The notes under the pieces: model-generated
The model's database searches: none
Seen by the model: the letters and a program-made list of their open reading frames with translations, nothing else
What the model was told of the DNA's origin: nothing
In this document: piece after piece, positions 38,701 to 49,699 of the stretch
How the letters are laid out: every line of letters starts with the position of its first letter
Numbering within the stretch: position 1 is the stretch's first letter
Source of the DNA: Dendrobates tinctorius
Taxonomy: Eukaryota
Length of the DNA: 64,000 nucleotides
Assembly: GCF_039654945.1 (NCBI RefSeq)
Contig: NW_027361784.1
Coordinates: 22,258,001 to 22,322,000, forward strand
Direction: 5' to 3'
Made by a program: the position numbers and the translations under genes

Positions 38701-41263
38701 CCGGGTCCATTTCAATAGTTGACGGAGACAAAATAAATCCCAAAAATGAAATCCTCTGTACCCCAAAAAGGCATTTCGATCCCTTGACATACAGGGAATT
38801 CTCCCTCAAAATCCGGAACACAGTCCGAACATGTTCCACATGAGAGTCCCAATTCTTGGAGAAGATCAAAATATCATCCAGATAGATAATCAAAAATTTA
38901 TCCACAAAGTCTCAGAATATATCGTTGATGAAGCATTGGAAGACAGAAGGGGAATTAGTGAGCCCAAAAGGCATCACCAGGTACTCAAAATGTCCCTCCG
39001 GAGTATTAAACGCTGTCTTCCATTCATCCCCATACTTAATGTGAATAAGATTATACGCCCCCCTGAGGTCAAGCTTGGTAAACCAGCAAGCACCTTTAAC
39101 TCTGGAGAATAGATCAGAAATCAGGGGTAACGGATACTGATATTTAACAGTAATTTTGTTGAGGGCACGATAATCAATACAAGTCCTTAATGAACCATCC
39201 TTTTTAGCCACAAAAAAAATCCCAGCACCTAAGGGTGAAGAGGATGGTCTAATATGACCCTTCTCCAATGCCTCCTTAATATAGGATCGCATAGCCTCGT
39301 GCTCGGGTACAGATAAATTGAAAAGCCGACCCTTGGGGAGTTTACACCCCGGGTTCAGCTCAATTGCACAGTCATAACTCCTATGAGGAGGCAATGACGC
39401 AGACTCATTATCACTAAATACATCATAAAAGTCAGCCAAATAGTCAGGAACATCATGTGACTGGGGAGAGGTGGAGAAAACAGGAGCATCACTAAGGGCA
39501 CACCGACAACCCCAACTCAACACAGACAAAGATTTCCAATCCAGAACTGGATTATGGATTTGCAACCAGGGAAACCCCAGAACAATGGTATCATGCAAAT
39601 TATGCAACACCAAAAATCTGCAATTTTCTTGATGGTCTGTGGCGACCCGCATTACCACCTGGGTCCAAAACTGAGGTTTATTCTTCACCAAAGGAGTAGC
39701 ATCAATACCCCTCAAAGGGATAGGCGACCGTAGAGGTGTCATAGGAAATCCACGTTTAGCAAAATCCAAGTCCACCAGGTTCAGAGCTGCTCCTGAATCC
39801 ACAAAAGCCTTGGCGGAAAATGTGGACAGGGAGCAGATCAGAGTAATTGCCAGAAGAAACTTAGGTTGAACACCACCCACAGAAAACGTGTGTGCACATT
39901 TCTATCGTTTAGGGCAGACAGAAATAATATGCGAGACATCTCCACAAAAAAAACACAGCTTATTAAGCCTTCTGAACTCCTGACGTTGCGCCCTAGACAA
40001 AACTCTATCACATTGCATAGGTTCAGACATTTGTTCAACAGGTGGCAACATCTCTCGTGCGGTTTTACGTTCACGCAAAAGCCGATCAACCTGAATGGCT
40101 AATGACATAGAATCGTCAAGACCAGAGGGAACAGGAAATCCCACCATAGTATCTTTTACGGTTTCTGACAAACCCTTCCGAAAGAGAGCTGCCAAGGCAC
40201 CATCATTCCAGGTAGTAAGGACCGCCCACTTTCGGAATTTTTGACAGTACAACTCTGCAGAATCCCGACCCTGGCTCAATGCCAACAGGGCCTTTTCAGC
40301 CTGATCAATAGCATTAGGTTCATCATACAACAACCCCAAGGCTTGAAAAAATGCATTCACATTAGTAATAATAGGATCATCAGGTTTCAAAGAAAACGTC
40401 CAATCCTGGGGATCGCCGCGCAGCAAAGAGATGACAATTTTAACCTGCTGCGCGGAGTTCCCCGACGAGTTAGGCTTCAAGGCAAAAAATAATTTACAAT
40501 TATTCTTGAAATTCAAGAATTTTGACCGATCCCCAAAAAACACATCAGGAGTAGGAATCTTTGGTTCAGCAGCATGTGAATGAGCAAGATAGGCAGAAAT
40601 TCCCCGCACTTCAGCAGTGAGCTGCTCCACACGATCAGACAATTGCTTCATCTCCATTGAGAGAAAAATTCCCCCTACGGCCTCAGAGATATAGAGGAAA
40701 AAATATGCACACAAAAAAAAAAAATTCTGACACTTTTTTTTTCTTTTTTTTTTTTTTACAATTCTCTCCTGCTATTGAGTACCCTAGGATCTGCGGTATG
40801 GCTGGTGATTCTGTTATGATGAGTCACCGAAGGAGGAAAAAACAAAATACCAGCTAAGTCCAGAAAAACCAGAGAGGTTGGCAGCTATCGGATTGCAGAC
40901 CCCTGAACCTATCCACAACAACTAGCAGTAGCCGTGGGGGGTTCCTACAGTGCCCTAGACCCCGGCCGGGGATGGCAGAACTCTCAAAAAACAAGGCAAA
41001 ACAAAAACAAAACTGAAGAGTACAAAGCAGAGCAGAAAAACTTAGCTTTGAGAAGCAGGAATCAGACTGGTCTCCAAGAATCCAGCAGGAAAATCACCAG
41101 CTAGGAAGAAGGGCGTCGGCAGCCTTATATCCAGTCCTCAATTCCAGCCACCCAGTCATCATCGAGCTGCCCTGGTGTTTGGTAATCAGTCTCACTACCT
41201 TCCTTCACTAGAGGAGGGAGTTCATCAGACCTCAATGGTGAAGGGAAAAATGAACTCACAACA
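35789..41263 (-). mobile_element. Full-length chromodomain Ty3/Gypsy LTR retrotransposon (Tf1/sushi group)
   Basis: LTRs 35789-36608 (820 bp) and 40812-41263 (452 bp, internal deletion), TG...CA termini; TSD CATTAT on both sides; PPT AAGGGGGAGGTAC next to the 3' LTR. Confidence 0.95.
36470..40657 (-). pseudogene. gag-pol in one reading frame, interrupted by two in-frame stops
   Basis: Gag with a CCHC knuckle (CFFCGDVSHIISVC), protease DSGA, RT YLDD, RNase H (DAS..ELLA), integrase HHCC/DDE/GPY, chromodomain (YEVEKIL...YLVKWKGY). Stops: TAG 39902-39904 and TGA 38912-38914. Confidence 0.93.
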
Positions 41264-41269
41264 CATTAT

Positions 41270-43001
41270 CCCCTTAATGACTGGAGCTTTTTCGGTTTTG
41301 CATTTTCATTTTTTGCTTCTCTTCTTCCCAGAGCCATAACTTTTTTATTTTTCCGTCAATATGGCCGTGTGAGGGCTTAGTTGTACTTTTGAATGACATC
41401 ACTGGTTTTAGCATGTCGTGTACTCGAAATCGGGAAAAAAATTCCAAGTGCGGTGAAATTGCAAAAAAAGTGCAATCCCACACTTGTTTTTTGTTTGGCT
41501 TTTTTGCTAGGTTCACTAAATGCTAAAACTGACCTGCCATTATGATCCTCCAGGTCATCACTAGTTCAGAGATACCAAACATGTCTAGATTCTTTTTTAT
41601 CTAAGTGGTGAAGAAAAATTCCAAAGTTTGCTAAAAAAAAACAAAAAAACAATTGCGCCATATTCCTATACCCGTAGCATCTTCATTTTTCGTGATCTCG
41701 GGTTGGATGAGTGTTATGAATGAGTCACCGAAGGAGGAAAAAACAAAAATACAAGCTAAGTCCAGAAAACCGGAGAGGTTGGTAGCTATCGGATTGCAGA
41801 CCCCTGATCCTATCCACAACAACTAACAGTAGCCGTGGGGGGTTCCTACGATGCCCTAGACCCCTCGATCACAGCCGGAGAACTAAATAGGCCTAAAGAA
41901 AGAAAGGGGAAATCTAAACTGCCCCAGAGCAGACCCCAAAGCAATAGGCAGCCACCAACATATAATGACGGTGAAGCAAGATGAAAACACTAACACAGAT
42001 AGAAAGATAGGTTGAGCAAACGATGGGGCCCAAGCTAACTAAAAGGACAGGATAGAAAAGCTGCTGTCTGCAATCCGTAAAAAACCCTACCTAAAAATGT
42101 CCCAACCGTCTGATAGGAAAAACAGGCCCTGAAGTCGCTAGGACTTCAAAATGACTATATCAGCACTCAGGTAAATTCTGAAGACAGAGCAAAGAGACAA
42201 ACTGATCAGAGACAAAAATGGAACTCAGCACACCCCAGACCGGGGATGGCTGAACTCCAAAAAACAAGGTAAACAAAACAAAACTAAAAAGTTCAATAGC
42301 AGAGCAAAAACTTATCTTTGGGAAGCAGGAATCAGACTGGTCTCCAAGAATCCAGCAGAGAAATCACCAGCGACTCAGAAGGGCGTCGGCTGCCTTATAT
42401 CCAGTCAGAAGTTCCCGTTACCCAGTCACCATCTACCTGATCAGGTGTTTGGTAATCAGCCTCACTACCTTCCTTCACCAGAAGAGGGAGTTCATCAGAC
42501 ATCGACGGTGAAGGGGAAAATGAACTCACAACAGATGAGGGCTTATTTTTTGTACATCGAGCTGATGTTTTTAATGATACCACTTTTGTGCAGATACGAT
42601 ATTTTGATGGCCCATTTTAATGCAATGTCGAGGTGACCAAAACAAACATAATTCCGGCATTTTGATTATTGTTCCAGCTACGCCATTTAGTGATCGGGTT
42701 AATCCTTTTTTTTATTGATAGTTCGGGCAATTCTGAAAGTGGCGATACCTAATATATGTATGTGTGATTTTGTTTTTGTTATTGTTGTATTTTGATTGGG
42801 GCGAAAGGAGGGTGATTTGACAGCGGGATTTAACTAGTTAATCGCGATCCACCCGCGCCTATTGCGGGCACATGTCAGCACATGTCACCTGTTCAAAACA
42901 ACTGACATGTCCCGGCTTTGATACGGGCTCACCACCGCAGCCCTCATCAAAGCGGGGGATCTGACCTTGGACGTACTATCCTGTCCAAGGTCAGAAAGGA
43001 G
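41270..43001. mobile_element. Non-autonomous piggyBac-type element
   Basis: TTAT|CCCCTTAATGAC ... GTCAGAAAGGAG|TTAA. Confidence 0.65.
41712..42533 (-). mobile_element. Solo LTR of the same or a sister sushi-type family (822 bp)
   Basis: Colinear with LTR 35789-36608; own TSD GATGAG on both sides. Confidence 0.92.
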
Positions 43002-43519
43002 TTAAAACACGTTTTTGTTAGTATACAAGGGGAATCAGAGAGCTCTATAATGATGTATGGAAAGCATAGCAGACACTTAATAAGATGATATTTTTAGCTG
43101 CTATGCCATAAAAGTGATGACAGTTGCCTTTAACATTTTTTCCACTCAAATCCATTTTAACCTCTTCATGACCGCCAACAGTAGCTATACATCAGCGTTA
43201 GCAGGGCTTTGGTTGGCGGCTTTGTATTCATCGGGATCCCCACGTACCTTATAACGAGCGGATTCTGGCACACAATGCTTCCTGTGACCCCCGACCTAAT
43301 CAAGACCTGATTGGTTCAGGTCCTGATGACGTCAGCGTCACACCAGCCAATGAAACAAATTACTGGGAAAGTTTGTTGTAGCAACAAACTTTCCCAGGCG
43401 ATCTGCCTCATAAAACCATTGTTTCTCCTCAGATCTCCTGTCAGTGAGAGTTTAGAGGAGAAACAGTGTTACAAGTGCTGCAGCGATCTTGCTATAAAGT
43501 AAAAAAAAAACAGATAAGG

Positions 43520-44155
43520 CAGGTTAGAGTTAGTGCTATAGTTAGGATTTGTCTTAGGTTAAAGTTAGGGTTAGGGTTAGTTCTATAGTTAGGATTAGGC
43601 CAGGGTCAGACTTGCAAGAAACTCGGACGAGTTCCGCACGTCAATACCTGGCACTGCTGCCGGCACTCGGATCGGAGCGTGCGGCTGCATGTATTTCTAT
43701 GCAGCTGAATGCTCCGATCTGAGTGCTGGCGACAGTGCCGGGTATTGACGTGCGAGACTTGTCCAAGTCTGACTTAGGCCTTACTGTTAGGCTAAATTTA
43801 ACGCTAGTGTTAGGCTAAAGTTAGGGTTAGGCTAAAATTAGGGTTAGTGTTAGGCTAAATTTAGGGTTAGTGTTAGGCTAAAGTTAGGGTTAGGCTAAAG
43901 TTAGGGTTAGTGTTGGGCTAAGGTTAGGGTTAGGCTAAAGTTAGGGTTAGTGTTAGATTAAAGTTAGGGCTAGGCTAAAGTTAGCGTTAAGATTAGGCTA
44001 AAGTTAGGCTTAGGGTTAGGCTAAAGTTAGGGTTAGACTAAAGTTAGGGTTGTGGTAAGGCTAGGGTTAGGCTAAAGTTAGCATTAAGGTTAGGCTAAAG
44101 TTAGGCTTAGGGTTAGGCTAAAGTTACGGTTAGTGTTAGGTTAAAGTTAGGCTAA
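43520..44155. repeat. Degenerate (TTAGGG)n array upstream of the piggyBac transposase
   Basis: TTAGGG/TTAGGC/TAAAG/TTAGTG variants. Confidence 0.9.
43598..43780. mobile_element. Palindromic Harbinger-type MITE inside the telomere-like array
   Basis: TTA TSD, GGCC termini, near-complete self-complementarity. Confidence 0.75.
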
Positions 44156-44287
44156 AGAATTAACCTTTTTCAATTGATTCACCAATAATTTGGTCACGTC
44201 AGTCACATCAGTCAGTTAGTCACATCACGTCAGTCACGTCTTGTCAGTCACGTCAGTTTTCTATTACCAGAAAAAATAAAAAACAAA

Positions 44288-45936
44288 ATGGCCCGTCAAT
44301 ATTATAGTGCAGAGGAGACTTATGCACTTTTATGTTTTATGTTCTGACAGCGAAGAAAGTGCAGTGTCAGATGGCGATGTGGATTTCGAGAGCTTTAGTA
44401 GCGGAGACAGTGATAGCTCAGAAATGAGCAGTGATCCTGGTCCATCCTCACCCACAAGGACCAGTACAACAAGAAGGGCAAATAGCGCTTCTGGAGAAAT
44501 GCCTCCAACTCAGGGAACAATGCCCAGTACCAGCGCTGTCCCTAGTGCTTGTGAAATGGCGCACACCAATGTCCAAGGGGCCTTGCCTCTTGATGTACCA
44601 TTTCCCAGATGGGAGGCATCGGATTCGGCTACTTCATTCATCACTAATTTTAATGCCATTCTTGGTATAAATGTGGAGGTGGAAAATTTTGGACCAATTA
44701 ATTTTTTTAATTTGTTTATGACAGATAGCTTGTTAGAGCATAATGTCCTACAAACAAATTTATATGCGTCCCGATTTATCAGCCAGAATCCATGATCCTA
44801 TTATGCTAGGTCAAATTTATTGACACCAATTAATGTGCTGGAAATTAAAAAAATTTTAGGATTTACATTTGCTATGGGGCTTATTAAAAAAAGGAACATT
44901 CGGTCCTATTGGTCCAAATGCCCTGTTCAAGCCACCCCTATGTTTTCTGCGGTTCTTCCTAGGACCCGTTATGAAATGGTCATGAGGTTTTGGCATTTTA
45001 ACGACAATAGTCAATGCCTGCCCAGAGATGCCCCAGAAAATGACAGACTATTCAAAATCAGACCAATCATTGAAGACTTGCTTTTCGCATTTATGAGGGA
45101 AAAGATAGCCAACTAAACCCACCAGGATGCCCTACTTATCTGAGGACATCTGGAAAAATCGTATGGGAGCTGATAACTCCATTTTTACAAAAAGGCTACA
45201 ATCTGTATGTTGACAACTACTACATCAGCATACCCCTACTTAAAAGTCTGATTGAACAAAACATAGGGGCTTGTGGGACCATTCGCAAAAACCGTCAGGG
45301 GTTTCTACAATCAATGGTCAACGAAAAGTTCCAAGGGGGCAGTCAGGGGCTTTACGCAAAGGAGAGCTGCTTGCCCTTAAGTATAAGGATAAAAAAGATA
45401 TTATTATCCTGAGCTCGATTCACACAGATGCCACAAGGGCCACTGAAGAACATGGATCCACTACTCCAAAACCTATGCCTGTCATTGACTACAACAAATA
45501 TATGGGGGGTGCGGACCTTGCAGATCAGGTTTTACAGCCATACCAGGTATTAAGAAAATCATATACCTGGTATAAGAAGTTAGTAATTTATTTGTTTCAG
45601 GTGGCCACATATAATTCTTTTGTGTTGTACAAAAAAGACGGAAATGCAGATACTTTTCTTGATTATTAGGAAAAGGTCCATGGAAAATCTTGTTTTTGTA
45701 AATATTGTCCCGCACATCCTTTAGAATCGGAAGATGTCAGAAGACTCACTAAGCAACGTTTTATTGCACTCATTCCAGTAACTGAAACAAGAAAGAACCC
45801 CCAGAGAAGATGTCATGCATTTTCCAAGAGAGGAATGAGGCATGATACCCGCTATTATTGCCCACAATGCCCATCTTTGCCAGCCTTATGCCTCCATGAC
45901 TGCTTTAAAATCTTCCACACAGAACCACGTTTTCAA
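44288..45936 (+). pseudogene. piggyBac (PGBD4-like) transposase, frameshifted and deleted
   Basis: MARQYYSAEE start, acidic N-terminus, YWS, DRLFKIRP, DNYY, YNKYMGGADLADQ, and C-terminal Cys-rich domain (RRCH...YYCPQC...LCLHDCFKIFH). Confidence 0.9.
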
Positions 45937-48660
45937 AACTGTTTTGACATTCAAGCATTTGGTTTATTTAGTAACAGGCACATTTGAGTAGAACTGACTT
46001 AACAATTTCCGGGGGTAGGTGGGGGGATGTCTCCAGAGACACAAGCTGGGCACAATATATTGCTATTGGGCACTACAATGACATTTTTGTAATTTTTGCT
46101 CTAAAACTTCCACTACGTGTTTCTGGAAATCATCATCCATGTAGTGAAAATGGTCACTATATCCATAGATGAATTCCCAGATGGGGGTCATTTCCAAAAT
46201 GGGGTCAATTCAGCGGAGATTCTGTTGTTCTGGCACTTAGCGGCTCTCCAAAGTGCAATTACAGCAGAATCCCCCCTGAAGTGACCCCATTTTGGAAATC
46301 ACACCCCTCTGCAAATTCATCTATGGGTGTAGTGACCATTTACCTATCTACCTATTTTCCAATGTAAAATCTGGGGTTAAAACAACATTTTAGTGGTAAA
46401 AATGTAATTATTTTTTCTTCACTGCCCAATGGTATAATTTTCTATGGAACATCTGTGGTGTCAGTATGCTCACTGCACCACTAGAAGAATTCATTCAGGG
46501 AAGTATTTTTCAAAATGCAGTCACTTTTGGGGGTTTCCACTGTTTAGGCACCTCGGGGTTCTGACAATGTGACATGTCACCCACAAACAATTCCTTCAAA
46601 ATCTGCTCTCCAATATGGCTCTTCTTCCCTTCCGAGCTCTGCCTTGCGCCCAAACAGTGGTTTACCCCCACATATGGGGTGTCAGCATACTCAAGACAAA
46701 CTGCACAACAACTTTTGGGGTCCAATTTCTCCTGTTATCCTTTGGAAAATAAAAAATTGAGGTCGAAAAGATCATTTTTTGTGGAGAAAATATGATTTTT
46801 TATTTTCATGGCTCTGCTTTTTTAACTTCTGTGAAACACTTGGGGGTTTAAAGTGCTCACCACACATCTAGATAAATTCTTGGGGACTCTAGTTTCCAAA
46901 ATGGGGTCACTTGTGGGGGGTTTACACTGTTTAGGCACGTCAGGGGCTCTCCAAACGCAACATGGCATCCGCTATCGATTCCATCCAATTTCGCATTCCA
47001 AAAGTCAAATGGTGCTCCTTCCCTTTCATGCCCTGCCGTGCTCCCATACAGTAGTTTTCCACCACATACTGGGTATTGGTATACTCAGGAGAAATTGCAC
47101 AACAAATTTGCGGCCCATTTTTTCCTGTTACCCTTTTGAAAATAAAAAATTGAGGTCAAAAAGATAATTTTTGTGGAAAATTTTTTTTTTATTTTCACAG
47201 CTCTACGTTATTAATTTCTGCACTTGGGGGTTTAAAGTGCTCATCACACATCTAGATAAGTTCCTTAGGGGTCTAGTTTCCAAAATGAGGTCACTTATTG
47301 GGGGTTCACACTGTTTAGATACATCAGGGGCTCTCCAAACACGACATGGTGTCTGCTATCGATTGCAGCCAATTTTGTATTCCAAATCGTACAATAAATT
47401 TAATTGTGCTTTTTTTTCCCTTGTGAAAATGAAAAAAAATTGCAGTTGAAGTAAAAGTTTTGTGGGAAAAAGTAAAACTTTCATTTTTTCATTTCACATT
47501 TCATTAATTTCTGTGAAGCATCTGAAGGGTTAATAAACTTCTTGAAAGTAGTTTTGAGCACCTTGAGGGGTGCAGTTTTTAGAATAGTGTCACTTTTGGG
47601 TATTTTCTATCATATAGACCCCTCAAAGTGACTTCAAATGTGATGTGGTCCTAAAAATAAAATGGTGTTGTAAAAAATGAGAAATCGCTGGTCAACTTTT
47701 AACCCTTATAACTTCCTAACGAAAAAAAATTATGTTTACAAAATTGTGCTGACGTATAGTAGACATGTGGAAAATGTTATTTATTAACTATTTTGTGCAA
47801 TATGACTCTCTGATTTAAGGGCATAAAAATTAAAAGTTTGAAAATTGCGAAATTTTTAAGATTTTCACCAAATTTTCGTTTTTTTCACAAATAAACGCAA
47901 GTCATATCGAAGAAATTTTACCGCTATCATAAAGTACAATGTGTCACAAGAAAACAATCTCAGAATCACCGGAATCTGTTGATCCAGAGTTATTACCTCA
48001 TAAAATGACACTGGTCAGAATTGAAAAAATTGGCCTGGTCACGAAGGCAAAAACAGGCTCTGGCGCGAAAGGGTTAAATGCAGTTTTGTATGTTCGTCAG
48101 TCTGTAAAAGTGGTGTAATATTCTGACAAGATCGTTCTCAGCACCAACCTGGGATTCAGAGATGCTTCCAGGGATGTTCCCCATGATGTTACCATGTCAT
48201 TTCAGCGCTGTTTCCATAGTTTTCAGCAATTTTTGGACACCCTCCAGACCTTGAGGGGGGGGGCACCTGAAAAATGCTGGAGTTTCCCATTGACTTCCAT
48301 TATACTCATTACTTGGGTCGAGAACCAGAGCATTAGGATTTGCTAGACTCGAGTAACAAGCACCTGAACATTTTAGTGCTCGCCCATCACCAATCTCCAG
48401 TGCTGACTAGAACAGCACGTCATTTCATTACAAGTTGACCGATGCTGCACGGTGCATGCCAAGCTACTTTATGACATTATGGCCTAGTCAGTGCAGGATA
48501 TGCCTTAGATGCCAGGTACCAGAAGACGATAACATGGCCGGTGAAGACTCCATCGGTGACTAGAACAAAGAAGACTACAGGACCGAAACTGGGCAGCACA
48601 ACGGGGCATATGAGGGCTTGGGAAGTACATTGTTTTACTCCCTTCCTAGATCTTTTCTAA

Positions 48661-48951
48661 GGCTAGGTTCACATAGCGGTCGGGTGCTGCTTTTAATGCA
48701 TCCGTTACATAGCGGCATTAACGCTATGTAACAGATGCGTTAACACACACATAGACTGTTATAGACGAGCGCATCGCTAACGCATGTCATAATAGGCATG
48801 CGTTAGCGATGTGCCGTCATTCTGTGACGGACCCTCGGACGCGGTCTGCAGCATCCGAGGGTCCGTCACTGCTAGCATAACACGATCCAAAAAGGCAGTC
48901 CGTTTAACGCATACATTGAATAGACTGCCCTAACGCAATCTGAACCTGGCC
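48661..48951. mobile_element. Harbinger-type MITE
   Basis: TAA TSD; TIRs GGCTAGGTTCACATAGCG / GGCCAGGTTCAGATTGCG. Confidence 0.75.
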
Positions 48952-49699
48952 TAACTTGGGAACATCATTACATCTTGTCTTGGAAAGCTAATTTTCATAT
49001 TACCTTGGGTATCTATCAACCTTAGTGTTTGTCTATGGAGATAATGTTTTTGGGAGCCACCCATGACTTTTAACCCCATAGAAAACATTGAGATGCATTT
49101 CAGTTTTACTACTGATCACCACACAACCAAAAAGTCCCCATGGAGCCCAAGATAAAATGGTGATTTTTTAAAGTTCTGTACTTTTTATTGTCATTTTACC
49201 TTAGATTTCTATTTTTACTACCATTTTGTTTTTCGTACAGTTGGAAACATTATATAAGGTCAGGGAATATATTGGTCTCAACTCCCATTATGAGGTATTG
49301 TTCTTCCTCGGAAATGAAATACTGAGTGCCAGTCCAACCACTTGCAAAACAACATGGGAAACCTAAAACCTAAAATAACAAAGCAATGCCCTCATTATAA
49401 AACTAAGAAAACAATACAGACACCCAGGGAACCTTCCTTTCTGGATATCCAATTGGTCCTGAGGAAGTCCCGCAGGGCATCGACTGGTATGTGAGTGGGA
49501 GCAAATGGCACTAGTATTTTCACAGTTATGTGCTGGGTCCATTTGTTACAAAACATCCCATTTATTTCCATAAATCTCTTCACGGCTTAATTTCCCAGTG
49601 TAAAAGTATTGGTGGCTCAATGTATTATGGTCTCCACAGGGGATGTCATCATTCCAGAGGCAAGGAATGCATTGTAGCTTTCTTGCAGAACAAAAGAAA

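Larger units (their letters stand above)
35380..43129. mobile_element. Kolobok/T2-type MITE split by three nested insertions
   Basis: TTAA|AGGAAATCTTTCACCAC ... GTGATGACAGTTGCCT|TTAA. Confidence 0.55.
43161..48073 (+). mobile_element. Decayed autonomous-type piggyBac transposon
   Basis: TTAA at 43157-43160 and 48074-48077; CCTCTTC / CCCTTTC termini; transposase remnants; about 385-bp internal tandem units at about 46.4-47.4 kb. Confidence 0.9.
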
